Both the position numbers and the translations under genes were made by a program. Of a stretch of 64,000 bases of DNA, positions 52,898 through 64,000 are shown in pieces. The notes beneath the pieces were generated by a model. That model worked only from the letters and a program-made list of their open reading frames with translations, ran no database searches and was not told where the DNA came from. Position 1 is the first letter of the stretch. Each line of letters begins with the position of its first letter. This stretch comes from Octopus sinensis. Taxonomy: Eukaryota. The stretch lies in assembly GCF_006345805.1 (NCBI RefSeq), contig NC_043004.1, positions 18,538,001 to 18,602,000 of the forward strand, written 5' to 3'.

Positions 52898-54539
52898 GTG
52901 AGTTTTTTTTTTCAAACAAGCCATCCCAACCAAAGCTTTCAGGACTTCATTGTTTGGCAGAAAAAATCTAAGGCAAAGGAGAGACCCTATTTGATCTTAT
53001 CTGGTTGCACGTCTGACCTGGTCTTTAGCACTCCTTCAATCTTCCACGTTTAAATTAGAGCTGCGCATTAAGAAATTATTAAACATATTGCAGTCAACTA
53101 GAACTAACAAAGTTGCTTTGGTAGGTATAAAACAAACAATACGAAAGATATTTGTCGTTCCATTTTCTGACCTTGATATCGTTCAATGAAGATTAACACG
53201 TATTGTCATTAATAATGACTTGGGTTACATTTAGACTCCAACAATGTACAACTTCTAATAACAATTAAAGTATACAAGCAAATGAATATAATCTGTAAGT
53301 GAGAGTAGGTACGATTTTCATTTTTAATAGAGACAGATATAAGTGATTACAAATATTATCATGATAGAAGGTAAATATAAGGTAGAATATAGTCTCGAGT
53401 CAACCCAGCTACATATGTAGAAATAGAGTATGAGCATGTGTTGAGAGAAAAAATGTAAATGTACAAGATGTGGCTAGAGGAGAGTATTGATGGTGGTATC
53501 ATAGTAGGGAAGAGAAGGAGAGATGGAGAACAAATAAATAATATAATCTTCTTGTCATAATATGGCGTGGTAAGGATTGAAGAAATTTATTGCTATTTCT
53601 AGCAGCAAATTAATCTCTGAGGTTTGAGTCAATAATGCTGATTGTAATACGTAAACGACCGCTACATGACTATTTAGTTGTAGCCAGCACATTACAGGAG
53701 AGAATAGAAACCATGTTACAATCGTATACACCGATAACTTGTCTCATATTTAGCAGCATTGAACATAACTAAGTATTGATTATCAAGATTAATATCGTAA
53801 CATAGCAACCACGTACAAAAATAATGGTTTCTTCACGATAGCCATCTTTTCGTGGAGGTCGGGAAAATATGTATAGGATTTCTGTAATTCGAATGTATTA
53901 TAAGTGAAAACATAATATAAATTTAGCCAATGATATAAACATTCTTAATTGTTTTATCTAATAAGGTATTTATTCAATACAAAGCAGTTATGAAGGATTC
54001 TAGAAGCAAAACAGTAGAAAAATATTTGAAGATGAAAATATATTTACTGATTAAGGAAACCTGAAAATCAAGATTTAGATTATTGAACTTCTTTGGACAC
54101 CATTGGGAAACGGGAATGAAAGAAGAATGTGAATAAAAGGTCAAAGTTCAAAGATTTTTTTCGAACTGGGGGTTCTTTTATGCAGTTATAAGTTTACTCT
54201 TTACTTTATCTTAAAATTACCGTAACCTATTTCATTACGATTATAACAGTGACAAGACAATTTGTTCCTTATTTTTAAACTCTGTCAGAATGAAGGAAAC
54301 AGAATATCAGAAAAATGAAGTTCAAGAACGAAAGCATTATTGCGTTGGTTGCCAAAACAAATGACATTAGTGATATTCTGTAGCAACAGCAATCAAATCT
54401 ACCTCAATTCATATACTGCCATCTTAAAAAATGGATTGACATTTTCAAAAATATAGATACTCTGAAAAAGCGGGATATTTGATCAAATGTCTACTCAATG
54501 AGAGTTGGACAGCAACAACAACCAAAACAACTACTTCTA

Positions 54540-55774
54540 TCCGACTGAGTAAAAAGTAAGCAACGTTTTGAAAACATGAAATTCATCACAATACATTTCA
54601 ACAATGCAAAAAATTTATTCACCAAAGTAAGTACCATTACAATCAACACATTTTTGCCAACGAGTTACAAATTTGTTTATTCCGATAACATAGAAAATCT
54701 GGAGTTCTGGAGTTGATGAACTCTTTGAGCGCACTTTCAGCGTCGGTTTGATTTTTGAGCTCCTTTTCTCGCAGAAAACCATCAAGGTGCTTGGAAAAGT
54801 GGTATTCGATAGGAGAAAAGTCTGGGCAATAAAATGGGTGGGAAAGAACTTCGTAGCCAAGTTTCCTCAAATTCTAGATGGTCATTAGTGAAAGGTGTGG
54901 CCGAACATTGTCATGAAGAATGATTGGCCCTCTTCTGTTCACCTGTCTGGCAATTTCATGGCAATATGTTTCTGAAGTAATGGCTTTTCCGGGTTTTAAG
55001 AAGTTATAGTGGATGAGCCCAGCAGTACACTACCAAACAGTCACGATAACCTTCTTTTTAACAAGCTCGGGTTTAGGGAAGGTTTTCGGTGCTTCATTTT
55101 TGTCCAACCACTGCGAAGAAGGTTTTTTTTTTCATTATTGTACAGAATCTACTTTTCATCGCAAATTACAATACAGCCGAGAAATGGATCGGTCTGGTTA
55201 CGGAGCAGAAGCAACGAGAAAATTTCATATCTGTGCATTTTCTGATTTTCATTCAAATCGTGTGGCTCCCATTTGTCTAGCTTTTTTGATTTTCCGATCG
55301 CATCCAAATGGTTGCAGGCAGTTTTCGGGCTAACTTCTTCTGTCAGTTCCCGAGTGATTTTACTTATATCTTTCTCAATGACAGTCTTTAATTGACCGAC
55401 ATCGATGACAGATGGGCGTCCACTACGGTTACGATCTTCCATGCTTAGGTCTCCACTGCGAAATCGTTTAAAGCATTTTCGAGTTGACTACTCGCTGATC
55501 ATTTCCTCACCAAACGTTTCGTTGATATCGCGAGCAGTTTCAGCTGTTTTACTTCCTTTTTTGAAGTTGACTCGCAAAATTTCTCGAATATTGCGCTTTG
55601 CAGATGATTGTAACAACGGTGTTAAAATATCAATGTTAATTTATTGAAGCATTTGGGTAAGTTTACGTCTATTATCAGACACTTGCCAAAAAATGTTTAA
55701 AAAATTCAAAACTGCTAAAATTCGGTACAAATTTTTCATGCTTCAAAACGTTGCTTACTTTTTACCCAACCTGA
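54540..55774 (-). mobile_element. Full-length decayed mariner (Hsmar1/cecropia-like)
   Basis: TA TSDs (54538-39, 55775-76); imperfect ~30-bp TIRs ending gtaaaaagtaagcaacgttttgaa; motifs EDRNRSGRP, WEPHDLNENQK..CDEK, ILHDNVRPH, HPFYCPDFSPIEYHF; stops and frameshifts. Confidence 0.92.
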
Positions 55775-56262
55775 TATGTCGAAAATTTGTTTATATTGAT
55801 GAGACACAATATATTTAGCGGGCAAGTCAATAAGAATTTTATAACGTTTAAGTTTTGTCGAAATATAATAATTTTATCTTGTAAACGAAATCACTGCTGC
55901 CGCCTCTGCTGATATCTGAATCGTGGCAGATATCATATTTGAAAAACGATCAAATTTCTAAAAACACCTTGAAACACTCTGTGGTTTCTTAGTCAACTTT
56001 TGTTCTTGAAAAGTAGTTATGAAGTTTGAAAAATCCATTTGTAGATTCAGTAGATATAATTAAGATTCGTTGCGTTAAGTAACAATATATATAACAATAT
56101 ATATGAAATTTTATTTGAATTCAAACAGTATTTACCATTCACATTTGTATATTTTTCAAGTTTAAACTGAAATATAATTGGGAAATGGAAAAATCTGGTT
56201 TATATATATAATTAATCACTTCTCTCTCTCTCTCTTTCTTTGTCTGTCTGTCTGTCTGCCTG

Positions 56263-56353
<91 letters not shown>

Positions 56354-57017
56354 CTCTGACCCGCCTGTTCAGGACGACTTTCGGGCCAGGGCCCATGGAC
56401 AACTTCCAGAGATCCCTGGCCTGGCAGTGCTACCGAGAAGCGCTACCCGTTCGGGATAAGCTCTACAGACACGGGGCCGACCTGCCCGAGATGCGGTCAG
56501 AGCGACGAAACCGTTCTGCACGCACTCGTGCAGTGTCCAACAATTTCCGACCTGTGGGCTTATGTCGAACAACTGCTGTCACGTGTGGGACGAGTCGGTT
56601 TATCAGCTGAGTCTATCGTCAATATTGTCACGCCTCCTTCCTTCAAACGGGAAGGAAGAGCTATTTTCATCATCCTTGTGGCTATGGCGAAAGAATGTAT
56701 CTGGTGGACGCGTCTGAAAGGATTGGAGACAAACACTTTCCTCTCTGGTCAATCTCTCATCAACTTTTCTTCTTTTTTCATTTCTCTTTCCTTTTGTTCC
56801 TTTTCCTTTTCTCTTTTTTCTTTTTATTCTTTTTATTTTATTCATGTTTTTTTTTTGTTTTTGTTCTTTTCTTCCCTTTTACGATCCCTCTTGATAGAAA
56901 ACCTACGCCACCCCCTTTTTTTTCTTTTGTTTTTTGTTCTCTTCATCCCCCAAAAGAAAAGCTCTACCTTGTAACTTGTCCCATCTGTGTGCAGCCCTGT
57001 GTGGCCAATAAAGAAAC

Positions 57018-57018
<1 letters not shown>
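56354..57018 (+). mobile_element. 5'-truncated L1/Tx1 LINE 3' end embedded in (TATC)n
   Basis: DNFQRSLAWQCYREALPVRDKLYRHG, CPRCGQSDETVLHALVQC zinc motif; AATAAA 57007-57012; (TATC)n at 56263-56352 and 57019-57101. Confidence 0.9.
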
Positions 57019-57102
<84 letters not shown>

Positions 57103-57691
57103 AAAACACATTCATCATCTAACCTTCTTACTACACATGTATTCGGCTATCACGAAATCATTGGGTGAACTCGTTATTTCTGCATACTGTTTATGATGAA
57201 ATTGTCCATAAATGAGATTCCTTGCATTACGTTAGTTTGCAATATCGTTAGATATATTAATAATATGGGCTCATTTAAATGTAGAGTTACTATATGGCTG
57301 TGTGGTTTCTTCTCCAAGCACAAAGCACGTTTCTCCGACTTCGATTCAAGGACTCTGAGCGAGTATCTTCTACCATGGATAAAATTCCTTCAATGTCCTG
57401 TGAATTAAATTTTTTGGATGAAAATTTTGCATCACCATCCCTTCCCAACATATATGCGCATGTATCTTTCGAAGAAGATCAGCAAAATATATAAGCATCA
57501 ATAAGAAACTGATAAACCAATACCTTCACACAACGCTCCTCATGTTATTCCACCCGACCCAGTTAAACACACAATCTATTGTCACTCTCGCCATTCTGAA
57601 TTCAGTGAAGCGATGGCTGGTTACATGAAAACGGAAACCAATGACATGACTGGGATATGAAAATCGAGCCAAATATAAATGCACCATATAT

Positions 57692-58079
57692 TCTTTTCTA
57701 CTCTAGGCACAAGGCCCGGAAGTTTTGGCTAGTCGATTAGATCGGCTCCAGTATGCAACTGGTACTTAATTTATCGACCCCGAAAGGATGAAAGGCAAAG
57801 TCGACCTCGGCGGAATTTGAACCCAGAACGTAAAGACAGACGAAATACCTACTTCTTTACTACCCACAAGGGGCTAAACACAAGGGACAAACAAGGACAG
57901 ACAAACGGATTAAGTCGATTATATCGACCCCAGTGCGTACCTGGTACTTATTTAATCGACCCCGAAAGGATGAAAGGCAAAGTCGACCTGGGCGGAATAT
58001 GAACTCAGAACGTAGCGGCAGACTAAATACCGCTAGGCATTTCGCCCGGCGTGCTAACGTTTCTGCCAGCTCGCCGCCT
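57692..58079 (-). mobile_element. Dimeric Deu/Nin-like SINE (full copy plus headless copy) inside one TSD
   Basis: Two ccgaaaggatgaaaggcaaagtcgacc cores with different tails; 16-bp TSD taaatgcaccatatat at 57676-57691 and 58080-58095. Confidence 0.85.
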
Positions 58080-58674
58080 TAAATGCACCATATATCAATA
58101 ACATAACCACCCCATCTGAACAATAAATCTATAATAGATATTTATTACATACAAGATTAAAGGGTTAGTTGAGTATTTTACAGGCGATTAAATCGACTGT
58201 GTACTTAACTCGGATGAATAAAAGGTCAAATTGACCTTAGCATGATATGAATGCAAAATGCAAAGAAATCTGACTAAAATACGGCAATGCATGTAATCTG
58301 ATTTTCTTCCATTCCAGCTTAGTTATTTATTACTGCCTATGATATATGAGCGTAATACAGCTTTTCTGAAAACAAGTTTCATGTAAATATTGGTTACTCT
58401 TCATTAGATTCAAAGTCTTACATTTTTAGTAAAAGGAAATGAGTTGATGTAACATTCAGCGATGGTATAAATAAAATGAATGACTTCAACTGGGAACTGA
58501 AACTGGATCACATCCTCATTCCAATGAGAATGCTTTCTATCGGTTCGGTTTCTACAATCGACTTGCGTAAATTTATATCAGTTATATCAAGATTGAGAAA
58601 TGTAATTGGACTTATTTAAATCATGAATTTTTATTCGAGCGTCAATGAATAAAATTTTTATTGTTTGTCTACAG

Positions 58675-58762
58675 AAGATATCTTACGCTCGCCGATGAGA
58701 TCAAGTTAGATTATTTTCTCCGCAGATTATTGTCTGCAACAGGAAATTCCTTATTATGGGAT
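58675..58762 (+). CDS. Candidate exon
   Basis: ttttattgtttgtctacag| RYLTLADEIKLDYFLRRLLSATGNSLLWD |gtaagt; only open frame; phase 2 to 0. Confidence 0.55.
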
Positions 58763-58833
58763 GTAAGTGAAGAGTAATAGCTTAATTTGGAATCGGATGT
58801 GTATAATAAACTCGGATTACCATTAGTCTGCAG

Positions 58834-58904
58834 TTTTGCCTCGCATGTCCACAAGAAATGGAGAATGACAAAAGTTTATTCCTCCCTCGAAAATAATTAA
58901 CCGT
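58834..58904 (+). CDS. Candidate exon with an in-frame TAA (58894-58896)
   Basis: tctgcag| FCLACPQEMENDKSLFLPRK*LT |gtaagc; phase 0 to 2 fits both neighbours. Confidence 0.3.
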
Positions 58905-59200
58905 GTAAGCACTTAGACGGCACCGGATCCTGAAAGTAATGTAATACCACACCTAATGTTATGTAACGAGGTTAGTTTGCCTCAACATGTGGCAGGTTTA
59001 AGACTGTGTAAGGCAGGTTTGCGCAGTCTTAAGTGGTTTATTCTTTCTTTGAGTGTTGCTCGTTTTTGGCCTTGTTACCATTATAACTATGGTTTATTCT
59101 TTCTTCGAGTGTTACAAGGTTATTGGCGATGTTAGTAATATAACTATGGCTATTTTTTTTTCATTCAAGTTATTTCAAATAATCTCTTTCTTTTTAAAAG

Positions 59201-59376
59201 TAGAGTGCAATTAGGTATACCAAATAGTGACTTAATAGAAGCTTTTTCAGATTGTTTTGTTGAAAAAATATATATAGAATGCCATAATGAGAGTGTTGCC
59301 ATTTCTTCTTTAGACACTACCATTGTACCACAATACGTGGTCAATGCATTTAGTATCTCACATGCAACTGCTTTAG
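59201..59376 (+). CDS. Candidate exon
   Basis: ctctttctttttaaaag| RVQLGIPNSDLIEAFSDCFVEKIYIECHNESVAISSLDTTIVPQYVVNAFSISHATAL |gtagaa; phase 2 to 1. Confidence 0.4.
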
Positions 59377-59628
59377 GTAGAATGGAAATAATACATATTG
59401 TCTTGTACTTTAAAGGCCTGCATGCTGCTTTCAATTTCTATCAAGAATCGACCCTGTAGAAATGATTTCGGGTGTCAATGTCGTTTACTATTTATTCTGG
59501 CTGTAATTTATGAGCGATATTTATAAAATTTATGTGCAGAAAATGGATAATGATTAATTCTCCAAACAAAGAGGCTGGAAAATCACTGAGAATCTGTGTA
59601 ATTCCGGCAACATAACTCTAATATACAG

Positions 59629-59723
59629 AAACGTTCGGGAGGATGTGGTTTCGATTTCCACACCAAGTAACATCAAATTACATTTTATATACAAATTTTT
59701 CCACACACAATCCGTTTTATGGA
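59629..59723 (+). CDS. Candidate exon
   Basis: ctaatatacag| (E)TFGRMWFRFPHQVTSNYILYTNFSTHNPFYG |gtaaag; phase 1 to 0. Confidence 0.3.
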
Positions 59724-60328
59724 GTAAAGTATATTTTAGTACGATAATCATATGTTAATCGTTTGAAGATTCACTGGATGACGTTTATAATATTGTAAAA
59801 ATTGTGTGCGGTTTCAGGTGCACCCGCGATACAATTGAATCAAATGTATTTTACGTTGTGTTTTATTACATACAAAGTGCAATGGAGAGCAATACAAAAT
59901 AATTATTTGCTTAAAACAATAATTATGTTTGTGAAATCAGCTGAAAATTATGAAAATTAAAAGCAAATGATATATACATTCACACGTTCGCACACACCCC
60001 ATTCTCTCCTTTGCTCTAAGTTGGTAATCAACATTGCATTTAAATTTTTCGGGTAGAATAAAATAGAATTTATAATACATAAAAAGGAATATTAACATAC
60101 ATGAACGTACATACACACACGCACACACATGCACGCACACATACACACATGCACATACACGCACGCACACGACACACGCACATATACACAAATATAATTA
60201 GTCTACGGAATAACTGAAATTAGTGACTTGCTTTCTCACAGGTAGAATTTCCTCCATTTCTATGTCGTCCCTTCATCTATTAATTATGATGAATGACCAA
60301 CTCCCAAAACTACCGCATTACATACACT

Positions 60329-60362
<34 letters not shown>

Positions 60363-60599
60363 TATATGTGTGTGTATTAAGGTCAATTTTTTTCAATCAA
60401 GAATTATTTGTTCTTTCTAAGATTTGAGTCATTCTGTTTTTGCGAGTCTTTTTTTTTTATTATTTAATTGATAATTTTTTTATCCTTCTTCACATATGAT
60501 GACTAACAAGAACTTTTCTGAAAAATTATTCAAATACACATACACACAAACACACACACACACATACGTGCGTGTGTATGTGTCTTCAGGTCACACCAT

Positions 60600-60760
60600 T
60601 ATTATAATAACAACAACAATAATAATAATAATAATAATATAATAATAATAATAATAATAATGATGATGATGATGATGATGATGATAATAATATTAATAAT
60701 AATGATAATAATAATAATGATAATAATAATAATAATGATGATGATGATGATAATGATAAC

Positions 60761-60815
<55 letters not shown>
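60600..60815. repeat. (AAT)n/(GAT)n compound microsatellite
   Basis: Direct inspection. Confidence 0.95.
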
Positions 60816-60818
<3 letters not shown>

Positions 60819-61030
60819 GCGAGCTGACAGAATCGTTAGCATGCCGGGCAAAATGCTTAGCGGTATTTAGTCTGCCGCTACGTTATGAGTTCAAATTCCG
60901 CCGAGGTCGACTTTGCCTTTCATCTTTTAGGGGTGGATAAATTAAGTACCAGTTGAGAACTGGGGTCGATGTAATCAATTATCCACCTTCCCCAAAGTTC
61001 CAGGTCTTCCACTTATAATAGAAAAGGTTA
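60816..61030 (+). mobile_element. Deu/Nin-like SINE
   Basis: gcgagctgacagaatcgttagc...gttcaaattccgccgaggtcgactttgcctttcatc...taagtaccagttg. Confidence 0.88.
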
Positions 61031-61739
61031 TTATTATCATTATTCATAGTAGCGGAAGTTATGTCTCATTTTGCTCGCAAGAATTTTACTTTTGTTTTTG
61101 TCTCTAAAAGTTGTTTTGTTACAAAACGTTTGTTAAAATCACTACAATGCATAGATTTGGCTTTTCATTTTTTTCTTTTGTGATTTTTTTTGGCGGTGGG
61201 GCGCAATTTTGAAAAGAATATTGTCGTTTTGTTTTCGAAGAAATAATTTTATAAACAGTCTTGGCGACACCAGACTTGCTAAAAGACATGGAAGAGAAAT
61301 TAAGAAGGTAGCTTTGATAGTGAATAGCAAGCATCAGAGCTCTCTGCCTTCTGCTCTCAAAGAGAAGGGTTAGGTGGGCATTCACCAAATTCAGTGTACA
61401 ATGAAAAACTCACTGCGACTATGACAACACACAACAACAACCAAAATACAGCGTGGAATCATAATTCTTATTATGAAGCTGCCCTCACGCAATAAATGAG
61501 ACAGTACCAAAGACATAAACTAACAGCAGCAACAATAAGAATTCGAGCACGACAAAAACCACCGCCGCCGCCGCCACCACAACCACCACCACCACCACCA
61601 CCACCACCACCAATACCATTGCAACAAGAAAATGTATGATAGAATAAAAACAAAAACAACAGTAGCAACAATACTTCCAATGTTAATTACGACAACATGA
61701 ATGACAATACATTAGCAGATATAGTTACGAAAGGCACAG

Positions 61740-62330
61740 AATGAGTATCCTACAGAGGGATGTATGCCTAGCCCAAGTGGCTAAATTGATAGGGCTGGAG
61801 AAAACGCGAGTGGATATTGTCATCCCCACCGAGGTGTTGGCAGAAACACATAATTTATCAATGTATTTCTATAAATGCAAAGCGGCTGGAGACGGCTTGT
61901 CAGGCAAATGTGGAAGGTGCACAGAAAGAATTAGTTTCTGATATTCGGCATATCTCTACAGCAAAGAGGCTTGCTGGTATTTAAGTGCTCTTCAAGACAG
62001 AATCTCTGGCCGCCACACTATCCGTGGTTTCCAGTCGGAGCGTAAGAGATCTGTGCTCTGTTCATCGGATTTACGATGAACAGATGCTGAGTGAAGGACT
62101 GGACATGCACTGAGACTGCAACATCTCCAGCATTTCCTTAACGGTGAAAAGATGTGGTCGCTGCTTGTCAGGCAGGATTTGTCAAATCTTTCCATCCTGC
62201 CCTCAACTTCTCCTGCACTACCTCTGACACTTCTGTCTCTTTTCTTGACATTTCGGTCTGCATTGATCACTCCACTTTCACCACCTCCATCCACAACAAA
62301 CACATAGACTCACACTCATACCTCAACTGA
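61740..62330 (+). mobile_element. Tx1-like RT C-terminal fragment fused to a Penelope RT thumb fragment
   Basis: EGLDM / HALRLQHLQHFLNGEKMWSLLVRQD (Tx1-like, about 62090-62180) runs into FVKSFHPALNFSCTTSDTSVSFLDISV...SHSYLN (PLE-like, about 62178-62330). Confidence 0.6.
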
Positions 62331-63023
62331 AAGGAAACCGAAAACAAACATGGAGGGTTGTTAGCCCAGAACGTGGATAAAATAACGAACGCTGGAGAAA
62401 TATTTGCTTTGACAAGAGAAAAGATAGAAGAGAGAGATAGATAGGATAGTCCAGCCTCTAGGACAGCCCTGAAAGAAAAGAAAGATGATCACGTAAGGAA
62501 AAGAAAGATGGACGATGGTCACTTGTGAGCAACGAGAGAGAGAGAGAGTAAGGGAGAAAGAGGGGGAGAGAGAGATAGAAAACGATGAAGGGGAGGAAAA
62601 ACGGAATTAGAGAAAGGCTGAGAGAAAACGATAGGAGGAGACAATAGTACAGGGTAGAGTCGCATCAAAGAGTTTATCTTCGAAGATTGACTTCGAAGGC
62701 TCATATTGTTGTTCAATGCTCGAAATGAGAAGTAGATAGGCAGCCGACAACTGACGAAGGGTCGTTCTTTATGTTACTTGCTCTGTTTCCCTTGTTGTTT
62801 GCGTATTCAATCGTTTCCGTATTTCATGTTGTTTACTGTTTGTGACGTCCTGTACCCATATATATATATATCTGTTGGTGTATGCGTCTATATCCATGCA
62901 TATATACTAGCATTTATACATGTATAAATATATATTACACACACACACACACACACGCACACACACACACACACACATATATCTATCTGTAAATGTAATA
63001 TGTGATAATTATTCGGTAGCCAT

Positions 63024-63084
63024 GATAAAACTCCGAGTTTCGGATGTCGAGGTGGAAATCCACGCCACCATCTCTTCAGTTATC
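63024..63084 (-). ncRNA. Hammerhead-like motif, family 2 (core intact)
   Basis: GAUAA-CUGAAGA-GAUG..CAUC-C-GAAA-CUCGGAG-UU-UUAUC; 5-bp stem I; GUU triplet. Confidence 0.55.
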
Positions 63085-63767
63085 CGGCTATCGGATAATA
63101 TCGAGGTCCCTTACTGTGAGAAAGCAAGTAACTAATTTCAGTTATTCCGTAGAAGGGGCAATTATATTTGTGTATATGTGTGTGTGTTGTGTGCGTGTGT
63201 GTATGTGCATGTGTGTATGTGTGCGTGTGTGCGTGTGTGTGCGTGTGTGTATGTACGTTCATGTATGTTAATATTCCTTTTTATGTATTATAAATTCTAT
63301 TTTATTCCACCTAAAAAATGGAAAAATACTAAGTAAAAACGTCTATATATATATGCATTCTTATATTGTGTGTGCGTATGAGTGCATAAGGGCATGTCCG
63401 TATATGAACGTGGTTTTTATGCTTTATATACTTCCTTATGTTTTTTTCTGTTACCTTTAACCATGGTTTTTCTTGTGCTTGTGCGTATATAGACGTATGT
63501 ATGAACTTTTACGGTACGCATGTGTGTGTATGAGTTTGTATATACATGCCTATATTTGGCTAAAAATGCGAGTGAAGATGTGTACGTTTTCATAGTGACG
63601 TATAAGTATGCACGTGGGTCTGCGAGCGTACATGTGAGCGTATGACTAACCATGTTTACGTGTTTACTATGAAATTTTAATCTTATTTTATATAAGTAGC
63701 AGAATTATAACACAGTAATTTCCCTTTATATAACGGTATTTTTTCATAACGTTTTTTCAGATGGCCA

Positions 63768-63828
63768 GATAACCGAAGAGATGGTGTTGTGGATTTCCTT
63801 TTCGGCATCTGAAACTCAGAGTTTTATC
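63768..63828 (+). ncRNA. Hammerhead-like motif, family 2 (U4 to C)
   Basis: GAUAA-CCGAAGA-GAUG..CAUC-U-GAAA-CUCAGAG-UU-UUAUC. Confidence 0.45.
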
Positions 63829-63851
63829 TTGACTACTGAGTAATTGTAACA

Positions 63852-63897
<46 letters not shown>

Positions 63898-64000
63898 GGT
63901 CCCGGGTTGATTCGGGGTTAACCACAGTAAATAAGGTACTCAATACATAGCAGAGTAAAATTAATTTATTATATAGAAGGAGCTTCTACAGGACTAGAAC

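Noticed and set aside
61471-61680. Signal-peptide-like plus poly-Gly ORF
   Set aside because: TTG start, poly-Gly from a (GGT/GGC)n microsatellite, no splice support

Overview
AT-rich, repeat-saturated eukaryotic genomic DNA, most likely from an octopus or other coleoid cephalopod (inferred from its tRNA-derived CORE-like and Deu/Nin-like SINEs and dense TA/CA/GATA/TAA microsatellites; not verified by search). Most ORFs in the six-frame track are microsatellite translations. The recognisable coding remnants are transposon-derived: L1/Tx1-clade LINE pieces, a 5'-truncated CR1-like LINE, an RTE LINE, R4/Dong-like REL-endonuclease pieces, several Penelope-like (PLE) GIY-YIG/RT fragments, a full-length decayed cecropia-type mariner and non-autonomous Helitrons. 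I found no rRNA gene, true tRNA gene or CRISPR array. No host gene could be named, but phase-compatible plus-strand exon candidates (50.7-59.7 kb) and three promoter-like motif clusters (4.8, 10.5, 11.7 kb) are present. The most notable structure is a 443-bp near-perfect palindrome (12598-13040) with an intact minimal type I hammerhead ribozyme in each arm. It is part of a wider set of hammerhead-bearing or fold-back PLE ends embedded in (TA)n. A Tx1 family also appears to insert specifically into (TATC)n arrays.
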